NCBI GenBank assembly: GCA_964482075.1
Contig: CAYZVU010000001.1
Location: 343-64,342 of the forward strand
Source: Candidatus Woesearchaeota archaeon
GTDB lineage: Archaea; Nanobdellota; Nanobdellia; Pacearchaeales; GW2011-AR1
Direction: 5' to 3'
Length of the DNA: 64,000 nucleotides
The position numbers and the translations under genes are program-made. Within the stretch, counting starts at the first letter, position 1, and the number at the start of each line of letters is the position of its first letter. This document shows positions 9,336-19,040 of the stretch, piece by piece. Below the pieces are notes generated by a model. It made no database searches. It was not told where the DNA came from and saw only the letters and a list, made by a program, of their open reading frames with translations.

Positions 9336-10237
9336 AAGCAAAATTATTAGATATTCACGGAAAAGAAAAATCACAAATTGATTTACCTAAATGTTTTTCT
9401 GTAAAACCTCGTGAAGATGTTGTTGCAAAAGTTTTGGAGACTCGAAAAACAAAACAACCCTATGGATCAAGTCCTCGAGCAGGAGCTCGTTCTGCAAGTG
9501 GGAATCTTGTTCATAGAAGACATGTCTGGAAGTCTCAATATGGACGAGGTATGTCCAGGGTTCCACGAAAAGCTATGTCTCGAAGAGGAACGCAATTCAA
9601 CTGGGTTGCTGCTGTGGCGCCAAATACTCGTGGTGGACGAAGGGCACACCCCCCAAAACCTATTTCTATGATTAACACATTAAAAATCAACAAAAAAGAA
9701 CTTCAGCTTGCGATGTTCTCTGCGTTAAGCGCAACAACTAATTCTAAACTTATTATAAAAAGATATGCTACATTGAATAAAGTAGATCAAAAATTTCCTC
9801 TTGTGGTAGAATCAAAATTAATCTCCCTTAAAGCAAAAGACTTTCTCAAAAGTATTCAAGAAATTTTAGGAAAAGATTTATTTAACTTATTAATTAAGAA
9901 AAAAGTTCAAAGAGCAGGAATTGGGAAAATGAGAGGAAGAAAATATAAATCAAACGCAGGGTTACTTTTAATCCAAGGTGAAAAAGAAAATTTAAAATCA
10001 AAACAAATTGAAGTTGTAAAAGTTAATGAGCTTGGAGTAAATGATTTGGCTAGAGGCGGGCTTGGAAGAATAACAATTTATACTGAAGAAGCAATTAAAT
10101 TTTTAGGTGGGAAAAAAGAAAAAGCGCCTAAGAAAAAACCTCAAATTAAGAAAGAAAGAAAAGTAAAGAAAAAAATTATAAAGAAAAAATCTACTAAAAA
10201 GAAAATGGAAAAGAAAATTAAGGAGAAGAAAAAATGA
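9332..10237 (+). CDS. rpl4: Ribosomal protein L4 (L1e) with Lys-rich C-terminal extension
   Basis: L4/L1e family, ATGA-coupled to L3, with a C-terminal K-rich tail. Confidence 0.9.
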   Translation: MKAKLLDIHGKEKSQIDLPKCFSVKPREDVVAKVLETRKTKQPYGSSPRAGARSASGNLVHRRHVWKSQYGRGMSRVPRKAMSRRGTQFNWVAAVAPNTRGGRRAHPPKPISMINTLKINKKELQLAMFSALSATTNSKLIIKRYATLNKVDQKFPLVVESKLISLKAKDFLKSIQEILGKDLFNLLIKKKVQRAGIGKMRGRKYKSNAGLLLIQGEKENLKSKQIEVVKVNELGVNDLARGGLGRITIYTEEAIKFLGGKKEKAPKKKPQIKKERKVKKKIIKKKSTKKKMEKKIKEKKK

Positions 10238-10470
10238 AACCTCTAGTAACTGAAAAAGCTGTTATGCTAATTGAAAGAGATAATGTTTTAACATTTGAAT
10301 TAGATAAAAGAAAAACAAAGGTTGAAATTAAAGAAGAAGTTGAAAAAGTATTCAATGTTAAAGTAGATGGAATTCGAACACTTATCCACGACAATAAAAA
10401 ACATGCTTATGTTAAATTAAATAAAAAGAATCTTGCTATTGATTTAGCAACGAAGCTGGGGATGATGTAG
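10234..10470 (+). CDS. rpl23: Ribosomal protein L23
   Basis: L23 family at the expected position in the S10-operon order L3-L4-L23-L2. Confidence 0.9.
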   Translation: MKPLVTEKAVMLIERDNVLTFELDKRKTKVEIKEEVEKVFNVKVDGIRTLIHDNKKHAYVKLNKKNLAIDLATKLGMM

Positions 10471-10474
10471 TAAA

Positions 10475-11173
10475 ATGGGAAAAAGAATAATAACACAAAG
10501 ACGGGGAAGAGGGACTTCTACTTATAAAGTTAATAAAAAATCTTTTAGGTATAAAATCCAATACCCAAAATCACTTTCAGGCGAAGCAAAAGTTGTAAAG
10601 ATATTTAATTCTTCAGCTCATAGCTCACCTTTGGCGAAAATTTCAAATAGTGAAGGAAGTTTTTATATTCCTGCGTTTAAAGGAATGTTTGAAGGGCAAA
10701 AAATAAATTTTGATGAAAATAAAGTGTCTGAAGGGAATATATTAAAATTAAAAGACATACCTTTTAAAACAAAAGTATATTGTGTTGAATCAAAACCCGG
10801 AGATGGAGGAAAATTTGTTAAGAGTGCGGGGAATAAAGCGACAGTTAATAAGGAAGCTAATGGATACATTTTTATTGTAATGCCCTCAAAAAAAGAAAAG
10901 AAATTTCATCCAAATTGTAGAGCTGTGATTGGAATTATTGCTGGCGCTGGAAGATTAGATAAGCCAATTGTTAAAGCAGGTAAGCAATTTTATATTAAAA
11001 AAGCAAAAAGTAAATTATGGCCAAGAACTTCAGCGGTAAAGATGAATGCAATAGATCATCCGTTTGGATCGGGTAGAGCAAAGAATGTTAAGAGTAAGAT
11101 TGCTAAAAGAAATGCTCCTCCAGGACGAAAAGTTGGGTTACTAAGACCGAGAAGAACAGGTAAGAAAAAATAA
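10475..11173 (+). CDS. rpl2: Ribosomal protein L2
   Basis: Start MGKRIITQRRGRG... and the conserved DHPFGSGRA/GRNAPPGRK motifs. Confidence 0.95.
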   Translation: MGKRIITQRRGRGTSTYKVNKKSFRYKIQYPKSLSGEAKVVKIFNSSAHSSPLAKISNSEGSFYIPAFKGMFEGQKINFDENKVSEGNILKLKDIPFKTKVYCVESKPGDGGKFVKSAGNKATVNKEANGYIFIVMPSKKEKKFHPNCRAVIGIIAGAGRLDKPIVKAGKQFYIKKAKSKLWPRTSAVKMNAIDHPFGSGRAKNVKSKIAKRNAPPGRKVGLLRPRRTGKKK

Positions 11174-11174
11174 A

Positions 11175-11570
11175 ATGGAATTAAGAAAAAAACAATTTAA
11201 ATACAAAGGGCAAGCAATTGAAGAATTGCAAAAGCTAGATGTTAGAGAATTCTCAAAAATAGTTAAGTCTGGGAATAGAAGAAATATCCTTCGAAATTTC
11301 CAGAAGCATGAAGAATTTATCGCCCTTGCCAAAAAAAGAATTGAAAATAAAAAACAGATTAGAACTCATATTAGGGATTTGGTTATAACACCACAACTTG
11401 TAGGGATGAGACTTAATATTTACAATGGAAATAAATTTGTTCCTGTTGATATAACAGGAGACATGTTAGGACACAAATTTGGAGAATTTGCACCAACAAG
11501 AGCAAAGATTATGCATAGCAAATCTGGTGTTGGAGCAACAAAAGGAAGTAAAGTTATTTCAAAGAAATAA
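11175..11570 (+). CDS. rps19: Ribosomal protein S19
   Basis: S19 motif GHKFGEFAPTR. Confidence 0.95.
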   Translation: MELRKKQFKYKGQAIEELQKLDVREFSKIVKSGNRRNILRNFQKHEEFIALAKKRIENKKQIRTHIRDLVITPQLVGMRLNIYNGNKFVPVDITGDMLGHKFGEFAPTRAKIMHSKSGVGATKGSKVISKK

Positions 11571-11571
11571 A

Positions 11572-12189
11572 ATGGTAAACACAGAAAAACCCACAACAAA
11601 AGCTGAAGCAAAGAAGCAAGCACCAGTGAATGCTTTAAAAAAAGAACAAATTAACAAAGCTCCAGCCGAAGCTAAAGTTAAAAAAGAAGAGATTAAAAAA
11701 GTCGACAAAAAACCAGTTAAAAAAACATCTTCAAAAAAGAACGTAGTTGTTGTAAACGCTCACAGCGTTCCGGTATCAGCCAAAACTGCAAAATATATTT
11801 GTAATTTTATTAAAAATAAATCAATTAAAAAAGCTCTCGAAGATTTGGATTTGGTATCTAATAAAAAAATTCCAGTTCCAATGAAAGGGGAAATCCCACA
11901 TAAGAAAGGAAAAGGAATGATGTCTGGGAGATACCCAAAACGAGCTGCACAAAATTTTGTTCCTTTATTAAAAGGTCTTCAAGGGAATGCAAATAATCAT
12001 GAATTGGAAAATCCAATTATCTCAGAAGCCATTGTTAACAAAGCGCAAAGACCTTTTGGAAGATTTGGGAAATGGCAAAGAAAAAGAGCACATATTACAT
12101 TAAAGGCTCGATCAAAAAAGATTAAAGAAGCAACACCTAAGAAAAATATTAAAGAAAATAAAAAAACAACTACAGAGGTTAAAAAATAA
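11572..12189 (+). CDS. rpl22: Ribosomal protein L22 (Lys-rich N-terminal extension)
   Basis: L22 core (AHSVPVSAKTAKYICNFIKNKSIKKALEDLDLV). The start was moved to the ATG at 11572 straight after the S19 stop, because the track's 11479 start runs through S19 in another frame. Confidence 0.85.
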   Translation: MVNTEKPTTKAEAKKQAPVNALKKEQINKAPAEAKVKKEEIKKVDKKPVKKTSSKKNVVVVNAHSVPVSAKTAKYICNFIKNKSIKKALEDLDLVSNKKIPVPMKGEIPHKKGKGMMSGRYPKRAAQNFVPLLKGLQGNANNHELENPIISEAIVNKAQRPFGRFGKWQRKRAHITLKARSKKIKEATPKKNIKENKKTTTEVKK

Positions 12190-12190
12190 T

Positions 12191-12871
12191 ATGGAAGAAA
12201 GAAACACAGTAAAACTCAAGAAAGAAGAATTATCTATTAAAGAGCATATTCAAAATTATCTTGGGAAGGGAAAAATAAGTAAAATCAGAATTGAATATAC
12301 TCCTGTTGGGGAAAGAATTCACTTAACAACGCACAAGCCAGGTTTAATTATCGGAAGAAAAGGAGAAAGAATCCAAGAACTTACAGCAGAATTAAAAAGA
12401 AATTTCAAGCTTACAAATCCTAAGGTTGAGATTGACGAAGTTACAGAACCGGAATTAGATGCAAAAATTATGGCAGATGAAATTGCATTGGGATTAGAAA
12501 GATTTGGTCCAGTTAAATTTAAAGTTATTGCATATAGAACTCTTCAAAAGATAATGAAAGCTGGTGCTCTTGGTGTTGAAATAAAATTAAATGGGAAGCT
12601 ACCAAGTTCAAGAGCTAAAAATTGGAGATTTGCCCAAGGATATTTAAAAAAAACTGGAGAGCCCTCTAAATTAGTTGATAGAGCACAATCAAGAGCACAA
12701 ACAAAACCTGGAACTGTTGGGGTAAATGTAAGTATACTTACTCCTTATGTTAAAATGATAGACAAAATAGATATTGATGAAAAATTATTAGCTAAATTAA
12801 AAGAAAATTCAGAAAGCGAAGTTGAAGAAGCTCCAAAGAAAAAAATTAAAAAGAAGACACGGAAAAAATGA
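12191..12871 (+). CDS. rps3: Ribosomal protein S3
   Basis: KH domain (GRKGERIQELT) and the S3 C-terminal domain. Confidence 0.95.
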   Translation: MEERNTVKLKKEELSIKEHIQNYLGKGKISKIRIEYTPVGERIHLTTHKPGLIIGRKGERIQELTAELKRNFKLTNPKVEIDEVTEPELDAKIMADEIALGLERFGPVKFKVIAYRTLQKIMKAGALGVEIKLNGKLPSSRAKNWRFAQGYLKKTGEPSKLVDRAQSRAQTKPGTVGVNVSILTPYVKMIDKIDIDEKLLAKLKENSESEVEEAPKKKIKKKTRKK

Positions 12872-13059
12872 AATATAAAGAAATAGAAAAAATAAATAAA
12901 CAAGATTTAGATAAGAAACTGAAAGATTTAAAACTAGAACTTGTTAAATCTAAAGTAGGGGCTTCAAAATCTGGTAGCTCAAGAATTAAACAGATTAAAA
13001 AAATAATCGCACGAATTCATACTCACAACAATAAACAAGTTAGTGAGAAAAATAAATAA
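12868..13059 (+). CDS. rpl29: Ribosomal protein L29
   Basis: L29 family (MKYKEIEKINKQDLDKKLKDLKLELVKSKV...). Confidence 0.85.
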   Translation: MKYKEIEKINKQDLDKKLKDLKLELVKSKVGASKSGSSRIKQIKKIIARIHTHNNKQVSEKNK

Positions 13060-13060
13060 C

Positions 13061-13357
13061 ATGGAAATATGTGCAAAATGTGGCTTGCCAACGCAGGCCT
13101 GTGTGTGTGAGCAGATCGTAAAAAGCTCTCAAAGGATAAAAGTGTCGACAGACAAAAAACGGTACGGGAAGATCGTGACTCTCGTGTCGGGATTCGAAAG
13201 TGAAGTTGATGTAAGGAAGATTGCAAAAGCTCTAAAAAATGAGCTTGCTTGCGGAGGGACTTACAAAGACGACACAATAGAATTACAAGGAAACCATACA
13301 AAAAAAATAAAAGAACTTTTGGTTAAACTTGGATTTGAAGGAGACTCAATAAGTTAA
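13061..13357 (+). CDS. sui1: Translation initiation factor SUI1 (aIF1)
   Basis: N-terminal Cys knuckle (CAKCGLPTQACVCE) and the SUI1 core (KRYGKIVTLVSGFE...LACGGT). The start is at the ATG at 13061 after the L29 stop. Confidence 0.85.
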   Translation: MEICAKCGLPTQACVCEQIVKSSQRIKVSTDKKRYGKIVTLVSGFESEVDVRKIAKALKNELACGGTYKDDTIELQGNHTKKIKELLVKLGFEGDSIS

Positions 13358-13381
13358 ACACACAGAAGAGGTAATAAAAAA

Positions 13382-13744
13382 ATGGAAAACAAAATGAAAA
13401 AACAAAATGAAAAAGAAGCAAACGCAGTTGAAACTTTGCAAAATTGCGAAGATAAAAATTGCTCTGCTCATGGAAGTTTGAAAGTTAGAGGAAGAACCTT
13501 TAAGGGAATTGTTATTAGAAAGTTTAATAAAAGAATTACAATTGAATTTGAAAGAATGATTTATGTTAAAAAATTTGAAAGATATGCTAAATCAAAAACT
13601 AAAATTCATGCAAGACTTCCGGATTGTATGAAAAATTTAGTTCAAATTGGGGATTTAGTAAAAGTTCAAGAATGTAGACCTCTAAGTAAAATTATTCACT
13701 TTGTATTTGTTGAAAAAATTAAATCTATGGTGGATAAAAAATGA
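13382..13744 (+). CDS. rps17: Ribosomal protein S17
   Basis: S17 OB-fold motifs (GIVIRKFNKRITIE...VQECRPLSK). Confidence 0.9.
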   Translation: MENKMKKQNEKEANAVETLQNCEDKNCSAHGSLKVRGRTFKGIVIRKFNKRITIEFERMIYVKKFERYAKSKTKIHARLPDCMKNLVQIGDLVKVQECRPLSKIIHFVFVEKIKSMVDKK

Positions 13745-14142
13745 AAGCAGTAAGCGCAAGAACAACTCCAGGATTAAATCTTGGTGCTAAGATGGTCTCT
13801 TCAGATAATAGTGGAGCTAAAATAGTTAGATTAGTTTCAGTTAAAAGAGGAAAGGGAAGGAAAGGGAAACAAGGTTGCGCGAAAATTGCAGACTGGGTAA
13901 AAGTAAGTGTGCGAAAAGGCATCCCAGATATGAAAGGAAAAGTTTTTGATGCAGTAGTTATTCGACAAAAAAAATCTTATAGAAGATTAAATGGAGAAAG
14001 AATAGCCTTCGAAGATAACGCTGTTTCAATTTTAAAGGATGATAAAGGTAACCCAAAAGGAACTCAAATTAAAGGACCAATTGCAAGGGAGGTAATGGAG
14101 AGATGGCCGCAAGTTGCGAAAATCGCCAGTATTGTATATTAA
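13741..14142 (+). CDS. rpl14: Ribosomal protein L14
   Basis: L14 family sequence (DNSGAKIVRLVSVKRG). Confidence 0.95.
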   Translation: MKAVSARTTPGLNLGAKMVSSDNSGAKIVRLVSVKRGKGRKGKQGCAKIADWVKVSVRKGIPDMKGKVFDAVVIRQKKSYRRLNGERIAFEDNAVSILKDDKGNPKGTQIKGPIAREVMERWPQVAKIASIVY

Positions 14143-14143
14143 A

Positions 14144-14620
14144 ATGAAAAAGAAATTTAGCACAGCATGGAAAGCGAGTAAGCAGCCTCGGAAACAAAGG
14201 AAATATATAGCTAATGCTCCGCTTCACCTAAGAAAAAAATTTGTTAGTGTGAATCTTGCAAAAGATTTAAGAGAGAAGCAAGGCAAAAGAAATCTTCCAT
14301 TAAAAAAAGGAGATAAAGTAAAAGTTATGAGAGGTAAATTTAAAAATAAACAAGGAAATATTTTAGAGGTAAAACTTAAAACAGGTAAAATTTATGTTGA
14401 AGGAATACAAACAAAGAAAAATGACGGTTCAAAAGTAAATGTATCTATGAGGGCTTCAAATCTACAGATCATTGAAATGATTGAAAGAACAAAAAAAGTA
14501 AAAAATAAAGTTGAAAAAACTAAAACGCCCAAGGGCGTACCCCGAGACTTTCCCAATACCCTAAAGGGCACAAGTAAAATGCCTACTGAGGGCAAAAAAT
14601 CAGCGGAAGTTAAAAAATGA
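14144..14620 (+). CDS. rpl24: Ribosomal protein L24 (KOW) with basic C-terminal extension
   Basis: KOW motif GDKVKVMRGKFKNKQGNILEV; the start is at the ATG at 14144 after the L14 stop. Confidence 0.9.
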   Translation: MKKKFSTAWKASKQPRKQRKYIANAPLHLRKKFVSVNLAKDLREKQGKRNLPLKKGDKVKVMRGKFKNKQGNILEVKLKTGKIYVEGIQTKKNDGSKVNVSMRASNLQIIEMIERTKKVKNKVEKTKTPKGVPRDFPNTLKGTSKMPTEGKKSAEVKK

Positions 14621-15270
14621 CAAAACATGTAAAAAGGCATAAAATGCCAAAACAATGGCCAGTGGCAAAGAAAGGTACTACATTTGTAGTTAGACCAAGC
14701 TCAGATAAAGAAAAAGGAATTCCGATACTTATCCTGTTAAGAGATTTAATGCAAATAGCTCAAACTAAAAGGGAAGTTAAAAAAGCCATTCACCAAAAAC
14801 ATATTTTATTGAATAATAAACCAGTTAGAGACGAGAAACAAAGTACTCTTTTGTTTGATGTATTAACAATTGTCCCCTCTAAAAAGAATTACCGAGTAAT
14901 TTTATCTGAAAAGGGCAAATTTGACTTAGAAGAAATTAAAAGCCCTGATCAAGACAAGAAAATTTCAAAGGTAATAAATAAAAAGGTTTTGAAGGGCAAA
15001 AAAGTTCAGCTTAACTTAAGTGATGGAAGAAATATTTTAAGTGATATTAAATGTGAAGTTAATGATTCACTTTTAATTAATTTAAAAAATAGAAAAATTG
15101 AAAAGTGTTTACCATTAGAAGAAAAAGCGAAAGTTATTATTTTTGCTGGAAAGCACACAGGTAAAATGGGAAGTGTGGATAAAATTAAGGGAGAAGAACA
15201 CATCGCTAAACTTAATATTGATGGAGAAGAAGTTAATGTTTTAATTAAACAATTAATGGTGGTGTTATAA
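14617..15270 (+). CDS. rps4e: Ribosomal protein S4e
   Basis: S4e N-terminus MTKHVKRHKMPKQWPVAKKG. Confidence 0.9.
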   Translation: MTKHVKRHKMPKQWPVAKKGTTFVVRPSSDKEKGIPILILLRDLMQIAQTKREVKKAIHQKHILLNNKPVRDEKQSTLLFDVLTIVPSKKNYRVILSEKGKFDLEEIKSPDQDKKISKVINKKVLKGKKVQLNLSDGRNILSDIKCEVNDSLLINLKNRKIEKCLPLEEKAKVIIFAGKHTGKMGSVDKIKGEEHIAKLNIDGEEVNVLIKQLMVVL

Positions 15271-15272
15271 AA

Positions 15273-15797
15273 ATGGCTGAAAATAATAAAAATATTATGA
15301 AAGAAAATATTATGAGAAAAATTAAAATAGAGAAAATTGTTTTAAACATAGGTGGGGTTGGGGAAGATCTTGAAAAGGGGTTTAAACTTTTAGAGTTATT
15401 AACTAAAAAGAAACCCTTGAAAACAAAATCTCGAAAAAGAATTCCGTCTCTTGGAGTTAGGCCTGGCTTAGAAATAGGAGCTGTTGTTACTCTCAGAAAA
15501 GATTATAAGGAATTGTTAGAAAAATTCTTTGTTACAATAGACAGACAGATAAAAAAGAAACAAGTTAGTGAAAATAATTTTTCATTTGGAATAAAAGAAT
15601 ATATTGAAATTCCTGGGATTGAATATCAAAGAGAAATAGGAATTATTGGTTTTGACATAACAATTGTTTTCAAAAGAACTGGCAGAAGAGTTAAGTTAAA
15701 AAAAATTAAGAGAGGAAAAGTTTCGCCAAAACAAATAATTTCAAAAGAAGAAATAATTAAATTTATGGAAGAAAACTTCCAGGTTGAGTTTATATAA
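15273..15797 (+). CDS. rpl5: Ribosomal protein L5
   Basis: L5 family (KIEKIVLNIGGVGE...GFDITIVF). Confidence 0.9.
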   Translation: MAENNKNIMKENIMRKIKIEKIVLNIGGVGEDLEKGFKLLELLTKKKPLKTKSRKRIPSLGVRPGLEIGAVVTLRKDYKELLEKFFVTIDRQIKKKQVSENNFSFGIKEYIEIPGIEYQREIGIIGFDITIVFKRTGRRVKLKKIKRGKVSPKQIISKEEIIKFMEENFQVEFI

Positions 15798-16027
15798 TGG
15801 GCGCTAGTGATTGGAAAAATATCTTGAAGCAGCTAGATGCGAAGCCAGCCGTTAAAGCGAAGTTTTTAAAACATAATAAACCAAAAGAAAGGAAGATTGG
15901 AATCGCTGTTAATAGATGTGAGCGATGTGGGAGATTTGGAGCACACATAAAATCATATGGATTAAATTTATGCCGACACTGTTTCAGAGAAATAGCTGAA
16001 GAAATCGGTTTCAAAAAATATAGTTAA
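15797..16027 (+). CDS. rps14: Ribosomal protein S14 (S29e, zinc type)
   Basis: CERCGRFGAHIKSYGLNLCRHCFRE zinc ribbon. Confidence 0.9.
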   Translation: MGASDWKNILKQLDAKPAVKAKFLKHNKPKERKIGIAVNRCERCGRFGAHIKSYGLNLCRHCFREIAEEIGFKKYS

Positions 16028-16028
16028 A

Positions 16029-16409
16029 ATGTCACACGATATAGTTGCAGATGCACTAAACATGATAAGAAATGCGAAAAAAGCTAGAAAGAGCTCTGTT
16101 AAAGTTAAAATAATTTCTAATCTTTTAATAGAAGTTTTGAAAATTATGAAATCCAAGGGTGCGATTAAGAGATATAAAATAGAAAGTAAAGAAAAGGCCT
16201 TAACAATTGTTATTGGGGATTTAGTTGATTGTAAATCCATTAAACCGAGATTTACTGTTACTCAAGATCAAATCGAAAAATATAGAAGAAGATATTTGCC
16301 TTCAAGAAATATGGGCCAGGTTATTCTTTCAACAAATAAAGGCTTAATGACTCACGAAGAAGCAAAAGAACAAAAAATTGGAGGATGCTTAATTGCATAT
16401 TTTTATTAA
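16029..16409 (+). CDS. rps8: Ribosomal protein S8
   Basis: S8 family (DIVADALNMIRNA...). Confidence 0.9.
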   Translation: MSHDIVADALNMIRNAKKARKSSVKVKIISNLLIEVLKIMKSKGAIKRYKIESKEKALTIVIGDLVDCKSIKPRFTVTQDQIEKYRRRYLPSRNMGQVILSTNKGLMTHEEAKEQKIGGCLIAYFY

Positions 16410-16410
16410 A

Positions 16411-16953
16411 ATGAAAAAAGAATTATATCAAATAATAGAAGTTCCTGAAGGAATTGAAGCTAGTATTAATGGGAATGAATTAATTGTAAAAGGAAAAGAA
16501 GGAGAATTAAAAAGAGAATTTAATTTAGGAAAACTTGAATTTAATAAGAAGGACAATAAAATTACTATTGGAAATAAAAAATCTACTAAAACTGAAAAAA
16601 GGGCTATGAATACTATTGTTGCACATATAAAAAATATGCTAAAGGGAGTGGAAGAAAAATTTGAGTATCAACTTAAAATTTGCTTTAATCATTTTCCAAT
16701 AACAATTGATGCCAAAGAAGACCATGGAATAATTAAAAACTTTTTAGGAGAAAAAATTCCGAGAAGAGTTGAATTCCCAAAGGGGACAGATATTGATATT
16801 AAAAAAGATTTTATTACAGTTAGAGCTATGGATAAAGAATTAGCTGGGCAAGCAGCTGCAAATTTTGAGAAGGCTACAAAAGTTAGAAACAAAGATAGAA
16901 GAGTCTTCCAAGATGGAATTTTCATTACAAATAAAGCAGGAGCTGAAATTTAA
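16411..16953 (+). CDS. rpl6: Ribosomal protein L6
   Basis: L6 two-domain protein; the start is at the ATG at 16411 after the S8 stop. Confidence 0.9.
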   Translation: MKKELYQIIEVPEGIEASINGNELIVKGKEGELKREFNLGKLEFNKKDNKITIGNKKSTKTEKRAMNTIVAHIKNMLKGVEEKFEYQLKICFNHFPITIDAKEDHGIIKNFLGEKIPRRVEFPKGTDIDIKKDFITVRAMDKELAGQAAANFEKATKVRNKDRRVFQDGIFITNKAGAEI

Positions 16954-16954
16954 A

Positions 16955-17356
16955 ATGGTAAAAAAATTTTTAAGAAGAACTTGGCATAAATATTCTAAAC
17001 TTGGGAAAGGAAGAAAGAAAAAACAAATTTGGAGAAGACCAACAGGAAGAGATAATAAGATGAGAGAGAAAAGAAAAGGTTATCCTGCTGTAGTTAGTAT
17101 CGGGTATAAAAAAGATCAAAATGATTCAGGAAAAATAAAAGAAAAAATTCCAGTCATGATTAAAAATGTTAATGAAATGGGCAACCTTAACAAAAATCAA
17201 ATTGCATTGATTGGGAACGTGGGTAAAAAAAGAAAAATTGAACTTGCTGAATTTGCTCAGAAAAATCAAATTGATATTTATAATTTAAACCCAAAAATAT
17301 ATTTGAAAAAAAATAAAAAAGTTGGAGAAAAATCAAAGGAGATAAAAACAAAATGA
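16955..17356 (+). CDS. rpl32e: Ribosomal protein L32e (with Lys-rich C-terminal extension)
   Basis: L32e N-terminus (KKFLRRTWHKYSKLGKGRKKKQIWRRPTGRDNKMR); the start is at the ATG at 16955. Confidence 0.85.
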   Translation: MVKKFLRRTWHKYSKLGKGRKKKQIWRRPTGRDNKMREKRKGYPAVVSIGYKKDQNDSGKIKEKIPVMIKNVNEMGNLNKNQIALIGNVGKKRKIELAEFAQKNQIDIYNLNPKIYLKKNKKVGEKSKEIKTK

Positions 17357-17760
17357 ATTTATTAAAAAAGAAAGAACTTGCGGCAAGAACATTAAAGGTT
17401 GGGAAAGCTCGAATTGTTTTTGTTGAAGAAAGGCTAGAAGAAATTAAAGAAGCGCTTACAAAACAAGATATAAGAGACCTTAAAAAAGATGGAGCAATAA
17501 AAGTAAAAGATGTTGCAGGCAGAAAAAAGGTTGTTAAAAATAAATCAAGAAGCCCAGGGAATATTAGAAAAAAACCAAACACCAGAAAAAAAGATTATGT
17601 TATTATGACTAGAAAATTGAGAAAATATGCTTTAAATATGAAAGAACAAGGAAAAGTATCTAAAGAAGATTTGACTGAAATAAGAAAAAGGATTAGAAAT
17701 AAAAAATTCCGAAGCAAAGCACATTTAAAAGAATATATCGGAGGAAAACAAAATGCTTAA
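17353..17760 (+). CDS. rpl19e: Ribosomal protein L19e
   Basis: L19e family (LAARTLKVGKARIVF). Confidence 0.9.
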   Translation: MNLLKKKELAARTLKVGKARIVFVEERLEEIKEALTKQDIRDLKKDGAIKVKDVAGRKKVVKNKSRSPGNIRKKPNTRKKDYVIMTRKLRKYALNMKEQGKVSKEDLTEIRKRIRNKKFRSKAHLKEYIGGKQNA

Positions 17761-18244
17761 AACAATAAAAAGAAGAAGAAAAGAAAATAAAACAGACTAT
17801 CTTAAGAGAATTAGATTACTTAGAAGTGAAACCCCAAGAATTGTTTTGAGAAGAACAAATAAACATTTTATTGCTCATTACACAACGAGTGAATCTGCCC
17901 AAGATAAAATTGTTTTTGGAATGACCTCTAAAGAACTTTTAAAATATGGCTTGTCAGAATCTGCAAAAGGAAGTTTAAAATCTATCTCTACAGCATATTT
18001 ATTTGGAGTGTTAATCGGTAAACAGATTCTTGATAAAAAACTGACCACGCCAATTGTAGACTTAGGAATGATGAAAACTCTTCACAAATCAAAGCCATAT
18101 GCTTTCTTGAAAGGTTTAATTGAAGCAGGGTTAGAAATTAATTGTAAAGAAGAGGCCTTCCCTTCTGAAGAGAGAATTAGAGGAGAACACTTAAAAAATA
18201 AGATTAATGTTGAAGAAATTAAATTGAAGATTTTAGGAAAATAA
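17753..18244 (+). CDS. rpl18: Ribosomal protein L18 (L5e)
   Basis: L18/L5e N-terminus (RRRKENKTDYLKRIRLL...PRIVLRRTNKH). Confidence 0.9.
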   Translation: MLKTIKRRRKENKTDYLKRIRLLRSETPRIVLRRTNKHFIAHYTTSESAQDKIVFGMTSKELLKYGLSESAKGSLKSISTAYLFGVLIGKQILDKKLTTPIVDLGMMKTLHKSKPYAFLKGLIEAGLEINCKEEAFPSEERIRGEHLKNKINVEEIKLKILGK

Positions 18245-18245
18245 A

Positions 18246-19040
18246 ATGGAAGAAAATAAAAAAGACGAATATGCAGAGAAACCTGAAGAAGTTTTGAATG
18301 AAAAAGACTTAAAGGAACTTGAAGAATTGAAAAAGAAAGCAGCGCCAGTTGTAGAAACAAAAAGGAAAAGATATACTGGACCTACAACAGAAGAGATTCT
18401 TGCAGCATGGAAACCAAAGACAAAATTAGGGAAAGATGTTAATGATAAAAAAATAAAAAATATTGATGAAATCTTAGATGCGAACATGAAAATTCTTGAG
18501 CCAGAAATTGTAGATTCACTTATTACAGTTAAATCTGATTTAATTTCTATTGGACAATCTAAGGGGAAATTCGGTGGCGGAAAAAGACGTGCTTGGAGAC
18601 AAACTCAAAGAAAAACTAAAGAAGGAAATGTCCCGACATTCTCTGCACTTGCTGTTGTCGGTGATGAAAATGGGCATATTGGAATTGGAACTGGAAGGGC
18701 AAAAGAAACTCTTCCTTCAAGAGATAAATCTGTTAGAAAAGCTAAATTAAATTTAATAAAAATTAAGCGAGATTGCGCGGCATTTGATTGTTCTTGTTCA
18801 GAGCCTCATACTGTCCCATTTGAGGTTACAGGGAAGTCTGGGAGTGTTAGAATAACTCTTATCCCTGCTCCACAAGGAACTGGCTTAGTTGTAGGAAATG
18901 AATTAAAGAAGGTTTTAAAACTTGCAGGAATTAAGGATGTTTATTCAAAAACATTTGGAAGAAAGAGAACAACTTTTAATTTTGTTAAAGCTTGTGTTGA
19001 TGCTTTGGAAAAAACAAATGTTAGGGAAGATAAAAAATGA
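18246..19040 (+). CDS. rps5: Ribosomal protein S5 (N-terminal extension)
   Basis: S5 dsRBD and C-terminal domain (VPTFSALAVVGDENGHIGIGTGRAKE). Confidence 0.9.
   Translation: MEENKKDEYAEKPEEVLNEKDLKELEELKKKAAPVVETKRKRYTGPTTEEILAAWKPKTKLGKDVNDKKIKNIDEILDANMKILEPEIVDSLITVKSDLISIGQSKGKFGGGKRRAWRQTQRKTKEGNVPTFSALAVVGDENGHIGIGTGRAKETLPSRDKSVRKAKLNLIKIKRDCAAFDCSCSEPHTVPFEVTGKSGSVRITLIPAPQGTGLVVGNELKKVLKLAGIKDVYSKTFGRKRTTFNFVKACVDALEKTNVREDKK

Noticed and set aside
9411-9671. Antisense or alternate-frame ORFs inside ribosomal protein genes. Examples are 9411-9671 and 9467-9649 in L4, 10663-10869 in L2, 11141-11332 and 11420-11623 across S19/L22, 13023-13301, 13725-13922, 14392-14655, 15006-15203, 15790-16014, 15968-16240, 16689-16925, 17187-17582 and 18082-18487.
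   Set aside because: Each lies fully within a strongly supported, conserved ribosomal protein gene on the other strand or in another frame. Their sequences are low-complexity or hydrophobic noise typical of AT-rich DNA.
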